Assembly (NCBI RefSeq): GCF_001306055.1
Contig: NZ_LGHJ01000002.1
Location: 20,754-52,753 of the forward strand
Source of the DNA: Bellilinea caldifistulae
Lineage (GTDB): Bacteria; Chloroflexota; Anaerolineae; Anaerolineales; Anaerolineaceae
Reading direction: 5' to 3'
DNA: 32,000 nucleotides
The stretch's first letter is position 1. Each line of letters opens with the position of its first letter. This document shows positions 1 through 6,658 of the stretch, piece after piece. Under the pieces are notes generated by a model that was not told the DNA's origin, did not search any database, and saw nothing but the letters and a program-made list of their open reading frames with translations. Made by a program: the position numbers and the translations under genes.

Positions 1-278
1 TGGTGAGAGAGCGTTTCCACCCTGCCGCACTGCTGACAAACCAAATGGTGATGCGGAGGATCGCTGAAGGCTTCATAAACTGCCGCACCGCTGCCAATAT
101 CCGATACCGAAATGTGCCCCTTCTTTGCCAGCCGTTCCAATGCCCGGTAAACGGTGGAGGGGTTAACCGCCGGCAGGCGGGGTTGTATCTGCTCGTACAC
201 CTGCGCCGCCGTCAGGTGGCCGGGTGCATGGGCGTTTAACACGTCCAGAATGGCTGCATCAACTGAGGAAGATTTCAT
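1..278 (-). CDS. Fur-family metal-responsive transcriptional regulator, 5' part only (gene runs off the window start)
   Basis: Absent from the ORF track because no stop lies in the window. Hand translation of the minus strand from ATG at 278 gives MKSSSVDAAILDVLNAHAPGHLTAAQVYEQIQPRLPAVNPSTVYRALERLAKKGHISVSDIGSGAAVYEAFSDPPHHHLVCQQCGRVETLSH. This is a winged-helix N-domain followed by HHH-x2-C-x2-CG, the Fur/Zur/Nur/PerR signature. It supersedes the + strand ORF 3..239. Confidence 0.8.
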   Translation of the reverse strand, partial: MKSSSVDAAILDVLNAHAPGHLTAAQVYEQIQPRLPAVNPSTVYRALERLAKKGHISVSDIGSGAAVYEAFSDPPHHHLVCQQCGRVETLSH

Positions 279-290
279 TTCAACACTGTT

Positions 291-329
291 TTGCAAATAT
301 TTGCATTTGCAAATTTTGGATTATAATAT
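291..329. promoter_or_regulatory. Divergent control region between the fur-family gene and cbiM, with a Fur-box-like operator and sigma70-like promoter elements
   Basis: TTGCAAATATTTGCATTTGCAAAT occupies 291-314. It contains a perfect 14-bp palindrome TGCAAATATTTGCA (292-305) plus a third TGCAAAT half-site (308-314). It overlaps a -35-like TTGCAT (301-306). TATAATAT follows at 322-329 (ATTATAAT at 320-327 is itself palindromic), 48 nt upstream of cbiM ATG 377. Confidence 0.55.
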
Positions 330-376
330 GTTTACTCCCTTTTCCCCAATTCTATCAAATTTATGAGGATTCCGAC

Positions 377-1330
377 ATGCTTTACAGTCCCCAACCCATG
401 CACATTCCCGATGGTTTTCTTTCGCTGCCGGTTGCGCTGGCATTATGGGTGGTTTCGATTGGGCTGATCGGCATTGCCATCCGCCGGTTGGAACACACCC
501 TCTCGGAACGAGAAATTCCCCTTATGGGCATTCTGGCGGCAGCCATTTTTGCCGGCCAAATGTTGAACTTTTCGGTGACCGGCGGCACCTCCGGCCATTT
601 GCTGGGGGCAGCCCTGGCGACCATTCTGCTCGGCCCCTACCCGGCCATGCTGGTGATGACCGCCGTGGTCAGCGTGCAGGCGCTGCTCTTTCAGGATGGC
701 GGGCTGGTGGTGATGGGCGCTAACCTGTTCAACATGGCGATTGTCGGGGTGTGGGTGGCGTACGCCGTTTTCTCCCTTATCCGCCGGTTGACGGGGGAAA
801 CGCGCGCCGGCCTGCTGGCGGGTGGTTTTGCCGCGGCGTGGAGCTCGATTTTCGTTGCCGCGCTGGCCTGCGCCTTGGAACTGGCTCTCTCGGGGACTTC
901 ACCCGCCAATCTGGCTGTGCCGGCCATGGGCGGTATTCACGCCCTGATCGGCATCGGCGAGGGGCTGATCACGGTTGGCGCCCTGGCTTTCATTTACGCA
1001 GCCCGGCGCGATTTGCTCACCCCGGCAGGACGTTCTCAGGCGGTCAACCGCCCGGTCTGGCTGGGCGGCGGGCTGATTGCGCTGGTGCTGGTGGTCTTTT
1101 CGCCGCTGGCTTCCAGCCATCCCGATGGCCTGGAATGGGTTGCCGAACAACTGCAGTTTATCGAAACCGCCCGCCCGCCCGCATTTGAAATCATCCCTGA
1201 TTATCTTGTCCCCGGCATCTCCAATGAGGCGCTGGCAACCATTCTGGCCGGGGTCATCGGGCTGGTGGTGGTCAGTCTGGCGGCTATGTCGGCGGGGCTG
1301 GCACGTCGGCGGACACGCCCGCAGGGTTGA
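377..1330 (+). CDS. cbiM: ECF-type cobalt/nickel transporter substrate component CbiM/NikM with a fused C-terminal PDGLE domain
   Basis: ORF 224..1330 trimmed to ATG 377 (GAGGA 7 nt upstream). MHIPDGFLS, FAGQMLNFSVTGGTSGHLLG and LFQDGGLVVMGANLFNMA are CbiM hallmarks. The tail carries SSHPDGLEWVAEQ between two hydrophobic helices (PDGLE domain). Alternative ATG 398 would give the canonical Met-His N-terminus but has no SD. Confidence 0.9.
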   Translation: MLYSPQPMHIPDGFLSLPVALALWVVSIGLIGIAIRRLEHTLSEREIPLMGILAAAIFAGQMLNFSVTGGTSGHLLGAALATILLGPYPAMLVMTAVVSVQALLFQDGGLVVMGANLFNMAIVGVWVAYAVFSLIRRLTGETRAGLLAGGFAAAWSSIFVAALACALELALSGTSPANLAVPAMGGIHALIGIGEGLITVGALAFIYAARRDLLTPAGRSQAVNRPVWLGGGLIALVLVVFSPLASSHPDGLEWVAEQLQFIETARPPAFEIIPDYLVPGISNEALATILAGVIGLVVVSLAAMSAGLARRRTRPQG

Positions 1331-2136
1331 TGGACGAATCCTTCCCGCCCCTGACGGTCGGCGGACGCGGGCTGTACGGTCTGGACGGACGGGTCAAAGT
1401 ACCCCTGACCCTGGGGCTGATTCTGACGGCTGCTTTGCTGCCCAACCGCCCCGGGGGTGCCTACCTTCTATTAATCAGTGCCTTGTGGGCGGCGGCTCTG
1501 GTCAGTGGTGTGCCGCTCACCCGTCTGATTCGGCGCGGCTGGCTGGCGGGGCCGTTCGGGCTGGCTGCCCTGCCGTTGCTCTTTACCACACCCGGCACGC
1601 CCCTGCTGACTCTGCCGGTGGGGGAAGGGCTGACCCTGACCGCCGCCGGCCTGATGCGCTTTACCGCCGTTTTGCTCAAAGCCTGGATTTCGCTGCAAGC
1701 CGCTGCCCTGCTGACGCTGACAACTTCCATCCCTGCCATCCTTCTCGCCCTGCGCGCTCTGAAAGTTCCCCGCCTGCTCCTGATGGTCATTGCCCTGATG
1801 AGTCGCTACCTGTTCGTTTTTGGCGAAACCGCCCGCCAATTACTGCAAGCCCGCGAAGCGCGTAGCAGCCAGCCCGACCCGCACCGCCGGACGGGCGGGA
1901 GTCTGGGGTGGCGGGCGCGGGTCACCGGCGGGATGGCCGGCAGTCTGCTGATTCGTTCCTTCGAGCGCGCCGAACGGGTGTATGCTGCCATGCTGGCGCG
2001 TGGCTACGATGGCGAGGTGCGCGCTCTTCCCCAGCCCGACCTTTCCCCGGATGCGTATCGCATCCTCGGTGGTGGTGCGTTTTTCTTCTTGCTGGTGATT
2101 GCTTTCGGATGGCTGACGACCGGAGGCGGGCGATGA
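1330..2136 (+). CDS. cbiQ: ECF transporter transmembrane (T) component CbiQ/EcfT
   Basis: ATG 1330 overlaps the cbiM stop (TGATG). The product is a polytopic hydrophobic protein with the C-terminal ERAERVYAAMLARGYDGE motif typical of CbiQ. It lies between cbiM and cbiO. The ORF track start at 1327 is a TTG one codon upstream. Confidence 0.88.
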   Translation: MDESFPPLTVGGRGLYGLDGRVKVPLTLGLILTAALLPNRPGGAYLLLISALWAAALVSGVPLTRLIRRGWLAGPFGLAALPLLFTTPGTPLLTLPVGEGLTLTAAGLMRFTAVLLKAWISLQAAALLTLTTSIPAILLALRALKVPRLLLMVIALMSRYLFVFGETARQLLQAREARSSQPDPHRRTGGSLGWRARVTGGMAGSLLIRSFERAERVYAAMLARGYDGEVRALPQPDLSPDAYRILGGGAFFFLLVIAFGWLTTGGGR

Positions 2137-2837
2137 ATCCGTTTCTGGAAGTCGAAAACCTGACCTACACCTATCCCGATGGGCGACCGGCTCTGCGCGG
2201 GATCGGCTTGAAAATCCTGCCCGGTGAACGGGTTGCGCTGGTTGGCCCGAACGGCGCCGGTAAATCCACCCTGCTGCTGGCGCTGGCCGGTATTTTACGC
2301 GCCGAAGGCCGCATTCTTGTAGATGGCACACTCCTGACGCCCGCCAGCCTGCCGCGTCTGCGTGCCCGTATCGGGTTGGTCTTCCAACTACCGGATGACC
2401 AGTTGTTTTCCCCCACCGTGTACGAGGACGTGGCGTTTGCTCCCCTGTATCAGGATCTGCCCCCCGGCGAGGTGCATGCGCGGGTTGAAGAAGCCCTGGC
2501 CGGGGTGGGGATGCAGGCGTTCGCCGGACGGATGCCGCACCATCTGAGCATGGGTGAAAAGAAACGGGTTGCCATTGCCACCGTGCTGGCAATGCGCCCG
2601 GCCATGCTGCTGCTGGATGAACCCAGCGCCGGTCTGGATCCGCGTGGGCGGCGCGAATTGATTTCCCTGCTCAACGGCTTGCCGCAAACCTTGCTGATCG
2701 CCACCCACGATTTGGATCTGGCCGGGCGACTCTGCCCGCGCATGGTGATTCTGGACGGGGGGCAAATTGTGGCCGATGGCGAAAGCCGCGCCCTGCTGGC
2801 CGATGCAGACCTGCTCGCCGCTCACGGGCTGGTTTGA
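2133..2837 (+). CDS. cbiO: ECF transporter ATPase CbiO (ABC ATP-binding protein)
   Basis: ORF 1908..2837 trimmed to ATG 2133 (ATGA overlap with the cbiQ stop). The product starts MNPFLEVENLTYTYPDG. It has Walker A GPNGAGKSTLL, the ABC signature LSMGEKKRV and Walker B LLLLDEP. Confidence 0.92.
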   Translation: MNPFLEVENLTYTYPDGRPALRGIGLKILPGERVALVGPNGAGKSTLLLALAGILRAEGRILVDGTLLTPASLPRLRARIGLVFQLPDDQLFSPTVYEDVAFAPLYQDLPPGEVHARVEEALAGVGMQAFAGRMPHHLSMGEKKRVAIATVLAMRPAMLLLDEPSAGLDPRGRRELISLLNGLPQTLLIATHDLDLAGRLCPRMVILDGGQIVADGESRALLADADLLAAHGLV

Positions 2838-4297
2838 GCGGCGTGCCTTTCGATCACCTCGCGTAAGGTCGGGTCAATCTGGTTGATCACCGCCGGGATT
2901 TGAGCCGGCGGTACATAGTACTGAAGCACCTGCCAGAAAGCATCTTCCAGAATGAAGCGGGCAAAGCGCCACTCACCACTGACCGGCAGGGGCTGGGCAA
3001 TCGGAATCCACTGCAAGGTCGGCAGCCAGGCCGGGTATTGTTGGCGCATTCCTTCCTGCGCCAGCATTGCCGAGGCTGCCCCCAGCGGATAACCTCCGCC
3101 AGCCTGGAGCAGAGCCGCCTGAATTTCCGGTTGAGTCATCCAACGGATAAACAACCACGCCGCCAGTTCGCGTTCCGGCTGACTGCGCAAAATGCCGTAG
3201 GAAAGGCCGCCAACCACCACCACCGGCCGGTCACTCGCCGGGAAGGGCAGCGCCATCCAGACATCCTGGCTGCCCAAACGCTGCATGGCGGCAGTGAGAA
3301 TGGGCAGATCCAGCAGCGATGCTGAAAAGTACAGCGCACGCCGCGTGGCAAAGGCTTCTTCGGGTGGGATGCGCCCGAAAAATGCACAGCCCTCATCCAC
3401 CATGCCGCGTAAAAACTCGGCTGCTTGGAGGGTCTGCGGTTGATTGAACGACAGGCGCGCCGGCTCACCCTGAAGGGGGTTGGCCAGCCCAAATGATTTC
3501 AGCCAGGCGTAAATCGTCCAGCCGTCGGTATCCACCATCCAGCCGCCGCTGCCGTCATTGCTGCCGATGCGGTCGGTGTTGTTGGCCTGGGCTGCGGCGC
3601 AGGCGTGTTGCTTAAATTCGGCTGCGCTTTCGGGCGGGCGGCTGAAACCCAGTTCCGATGCCCACGTCAGGTTGTAGAAAAAGACGCGCGGGGCGCGCAA
3701 TGCCGGTATGCCGATTTGCTGACCGTCGGCCTGATCCTGCTGCCAGAACACCAGCGGAAAATCGGCGCGGCGTGCCTCGCTCAACCCCCAGCGGGGGTCG
3801 AGCAAAAAATCATTCAAGGGGCGGATGCGGTTGCCGTTGGCATGCCAGTACAGCAGATGTTCCGACGGGGCGACGATCAGGTCGGGTGCAACGGCTTCCG
3901 GCGAGGGAGTTTCCAGCCGTTGGGCGGTTGCCATGCTCGAACCACTCGATTCGGCCAGCACGGTAATCCCCCACTCATTGGTCTGGTTGAACTCGGCTAC
4001 CGCCTGTTGCAGGGCGGCTGCCAGACTGCCCGTCCACGGGTAAAGCAGGCGGATTTCCAGCCCGCGCAATTCGGCAAATGGATTGGCTGTGGGTGTGTAC
4101 GCCGGGGTGGGTGTATCGGTCCGCATGAGGGTGGGCATGACCGGGCGGGTGCGGGTGATTTGAGGAGTTGCTTCTTCTACCTGCGGCGGCGGTAAAACCG
4201 CCGTACAGGCCGCCAGCAGCCAGGTCAGCAGCACCAGCAGGGGGGCTACCCTCCGCCGAGCAGGTAAATGATGGAGTAAGCGCCACGGAGCAAGCAT
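2822..4297 (-). CDS. Extracellular solute-binding lipoprotein (ABC transporter family-1 SBP-like), orphan with no adjacent permease or ATPase
   Basis: 491-aa ORF. The N-terminal signal peptide carries a lipobox (LLTWLLAAC) and is followed by a Pro/Thr linker. Length and W/Y/F-rich composition fit sugar-type SBPs. Its 3' end overlaps the convergent cbiO end by 16 nt. Confidence 0.7.
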   Translation of the reverse strand: MLAPWRLLHHLPARRRVAPLLVLLTWLLAACTAVLPPPQVEEATPQITRTRPVMPTLMRTDTPTPAYTPTANPFAELRGLEIRLLYPWTGSLAAALQQAVAEFNQTNEWGITVLAESSGSSMATAQRLETPSPEAVAPDLIVAPSEHLLYWHANGNRIRPLNDFLLDPRWGLSEARRADFPLVFWQQDQADGQQIGIPALRAPRVFFYNLTWASELGFSRPPESAAEFKQHACAAAQANNTDRIGSNDGSGGWMVDTDGWTIYAWLKSFGLANPLQGEPARLSFNQPQTLQAAEFLRGMVDEGCAFFGRIPPEEAFATRRALYFSASLLDLPILTAAMQRLGSQDVWMALPFPASDRPVVVVGGLSYGILRSQPERELAAWLFIRWMTQPEIQAALLQAGGGYPLGAASAMLAQEGMRQQYPAWLPTLQWIPIAQPLPVSGEWRFARFILEDAFWQVLQYYVPPAQIPAVINQIDPTLREVIERHAAQTSP

Positions 4298-4923
4298 CAG
4301 TCAAAATCGGTGGGCAGGTGCGGGTTGCGGTAATGCTCGAACAGACGGCGGATTTCCGGCAGGGTGGTGCGTGCCACCGAAAGCGGCGGGATTTCATCCT
4401 CACCAAAAAAGGCCGCTCCGCCGGTTTCGATGCTCTCGGCCGGTTGCCCACCGGTCAACTCACAGATGAAGAAGAGTTTATACAGGTGAAAAATGTAGGG
4501 TGGATGGCCGTTCTTGGGGGCGTTGCGATCCACCAGCATGGCCAGTTTAACGGCGCGGCATTGGTAACCGGATTCTTCGAACACCTCGCGCTCGACTGCA
4601 CTGCGCGGCGATTCGCCCACATCAACCCAGCCGCCGGGTAACGTCCAGCCGCCGTCGGCTTTTTCCAGCACCATCAGCAGTTTACCGTCCTGAAAGACCG
4701 CCCCGCGCGCATCCAATTTGGGGGTGGCGTAACCGGCTTCGGCGGCAAAGATGCGTTCGAGCGTCTCAAATTCGGTTTGGCCGTATTCTGCCATCAGGCG
4801 GGCTGCCAGCCGGCGCAGGGCGTTAAACCGTTCAATATCGAATGGATTGGTCGAATACGCCAGCCCATCCTGTGCCAGCGCCTGAATTTGCTGTACCCAG
4901 CCCAGCCAGCGAGGTTCGGTCAT
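4297..4923 (-). CDS. NUDIX hydrolase with the N-terminal helical extension typical of ADP-ribose pyrophosphatase-like enzymes
   Basis: The Nudix box is GGWVDVGESPRSAVEREVFEESG. The N-terminal WLGWVQQIQALAQDGLAYSTNPFDIERF matches the Nudix N-terminal domain. Its stop overlaps the downstream SBP start by 1 nt (TGATG on the minus strand). Confidence 0.88.
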   Translation of the reverse strand: MTEPRWLGWVQQIQALAQDGLAYSTNPFDIERFNALRRLAARLMAEYGQTEFETLERIFAAEAGYATPKLDARGAVFQDGKLLMVLEKADGGWTLPGGWVDVGESPRSAVEREVFEESGYQCRAVKLAMLVDRNAPKNGHPPYIFHLYKLFFICELTGGQPAESIETGGAAFFGEDEIPPLSVARTTLPEIRRLFEHYRNPHLPTDFD

Positions 4924-4974
4924 CGAAAACCCTTTTCCGAGTGGATTGGGGGTAATTGTAACACGGGTGCAGGC

Positions 4975-6498
4975 TCAGGGTGCCGATTCAAACACGGTCC
5001 TGTACACATCCTCTCCGAAACTGGTTTGGAGCGGCTGCCCTTCAAACAATTTGTAGGTGCGCCGTCCGCCGCTTTTGCGCTCGGCGCGTAAAAAGAGTGC
5101 GTTGGGCAAACCCTGCTTGTAGAAACCATCCGCCAGCGTGAATTGATGGGTCACAAAGAATACTTTGATTTTGCGTTCCAGCAGCGCCAGGGTGATCTGG
5201 CGGGCAATTTCCGCGCCTTCCCGCTCATTGGTAGCCGCAAATGACTCGTTGAAAAGGACCAGGGCATGCGGGCGGATGTGATCGGCGATGGCGCTCATCC
5301 GGCTCAACTCTTCATCCAGTTTGCCGCTTTTCATGCTGCTGTCTTCGCGGCGCTTATAGTGGGTGAACACGCCGGAACAAAGGTTTGCCGTGAACTGCTC
5401 GGCCGCCACGAACATACCCGACTGCATCATCACTTGCGCCTGCCCGATGCTGCGTAAAAAAGTGGACTTACCGCCCTGATTTGGACCGGAAACAATGATG
5501 ACCCGCTCATTTCCGCTCAATTGAAAGTCATTGGGGACAATGCGAGCAATCTCACCGCGCAGTTGAATGGCCAGCGCCAGATCGAAAGCCTCGGCTGCCA
5601 GCACTTCTTTGCTGCGGATGCTGACGGCGGGAAGGCAGAACTTCAATCCGCCTTTCATCAACGGCAGGATGGTTTCCAGGTAGGCCACATAAAACTGCAT
5701 CTCACGGTCAAAGGTGAGGATGAAATCAGCCATGAACCGGCTATGTTCAGCGCAAAAGCGATGGAGACGCTCGAACAATTCGGGGTTCAGGCGTGCCACC
5801 AGATCGAGAATTTGCGCCTCGACATGATTCATGCTGGACACAATATTCAGCTTGACCAGATAATCCTTGACTGCGCCTTGTTTGAACTTCTCGAAGGTTT
5901 TTTCGACTTCGATGCTGTAATCAGTTTCCCCATCGTAGGGGCGTACTTTGACGGTGGTATCTTTGATCAGCACGCAGTACCGCACTGTCGAGAGGTCTTT
6001 CTTCAACTGCTCGGCTTCGTCCCGCAGGCGCTGAAACTCCGATGAAGCGGTGTACGCCCCCAAAATCTGCCGGAAAGCCAGCAAGCCTCGGGATTGCAAG
6101 TCCGCGCTGCTCAAATCCTGCTCCAATTGCAGGACAGACCGTACATACACCAGCGCCGCTTCCAGAAACCATCCTTCGCGATGATTTTGATGGTCAATTT
6201 CACTGCTCAGTTTTTGGTAACGGCGCAGAATGACCATTTGGGCGGCAAAGGTCTGCATTTTGATCAGGGTCGTTTCCGTCATCAAATCGCGCACGATTTC
6301 CTGACGAAACCGAATGGTCTCTTCGTCCTGAACGGCGGTGTAATAATCGGGTTTCAGGTCATAATCCTGCTTGCTGGCGGTGATCCAATCCACAATCTGA
6401 TCCAGATTCAGGTCGCGGAAGTAAGCGGGGGGCTGGTCGCGCACGCCGGCCGCTTTTTGCGGGGAGGGATACAACAATCCAATCGAGTCCATCGTCAT
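4975..6498 (-). CDS. MutS-family ATPase (domain V only; no mismatch-binding or endonuclease domain recognisable)
   Basis: 507 aa. The C-terminal half has Walker A SGPNQGGKSTFLRSIGQ, then LDEELSRMSAI and LVLFNESFAATNEREG, the MutS ABC-type ATPase core. The N-terminal 300 aa are helical and unassigned. Confidence 0.85.
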   Translation of the reverse strand: MTMDSIGLLYPSPQKAAGVRDQPPAYFRDLNLDQIVDWITASKQDYDLKPDYYTAVQDEETIRFRQEIVRDLMTETTLIKMQTFAAQMVILRRYQKLSSEIDHQNHREGWFLEAALVYVRSVLQLEQDLSSADLQSRGLLAFRQILGAYTASSEFQRLRDEAEQLKKDLSTVRYCVLIKDTTVKVRPYDGETDYSIEVEKTFEKFKQGAVKDYLVKLNIVSSMNHVEAQILDLVARLNPELFERLHRFCAEHSRFMADFILTFDREMQFYVAYLETILPLMKGGLKFCLPAVSIRSKEVLAAEAFDLALAIQLRGEIARIVPNDFQLSGNERVIIVSGPNQGGKSTFLRSIGQAQVMMQSGMFVAAEQFTANLCSGVFTHYKRREDSSMKSGKLDEELSRMSAIADHIRPHALVLFNESFAATNEREGAEIARQITLALLERKIKVFFVTHQFTLADGFYKQGLPNALFLRAERKSGGRRTYKLFEGQPLQTSFGEDVYRTVFESAP

Positions 6499-6530
6499 AC
6501 TTTCACCATACCGGGTTCATCGTAACAAAA

Positions 6531-6563
6531 AGCCTCTACTGATCTGCCGATTCAGTAGAGGCT
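6531..6563 (-). promoter_or_regulatory. Terminator-like hairpin inside the 5' leader of the MutS-like gene (candidate attenuator or 5' stabiliser)
   Basis: A 12-bp perfect stem, AGCCTCTACTGA (6531-6542) paired with TCAGTAGAGGCT (6552-6563). On the minus strand it is followed directly by TTTTTG (plus 6525-6530). It lies 27 nt upstream of ATG 6498. A 5-codon uORF ATGAACCCGGTATGGTGA (6520..6503) sits in between. Confidence 0.5.
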
Positions 6564-6600
6564 ATCAGTCATTCGACGGTTAAAGCGAGCCTCATCGCTT

Positions 6601-6643
6601 TTGTGAATTTATTTTATCACAAACCGGTCAGGCATGATAAAAT
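6601..6643. promoter_or_regulatory. Inverted repeat TTGTGA-N10-TCACAA plus an extended -10 for the PEP/pyruvate-binding gene
   Basis: The arms are TTGTGA (6601-6606) and TCACAA (6617-6622), separated by the AT-only spacer ATTTATTTTA. TGATAAAAT (TG at 6635-6636, TAAAAT at 6638-6643) lies 15 nt upstream of ATG 6659. Confidence 0.4.
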
Positions 6644-6658
6644 CTGTGCCAACAGGCT

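Noticed and set aside
3-239. + strand ORF of 78 aa at the window start
   Set aside because: It has an Arg/Gly/Cys-rich odd composition and no motif. The opposite strand encodes a clear Fur-family N-terminus in the same interval.
279-376. B12 riboswitch or NikR operator upstream of cbiM
   Set aside because: The leader is under 100 nt, which is too short for a cobalamin riboswitch. No B12-box-like element (GCCACTG) was seen.
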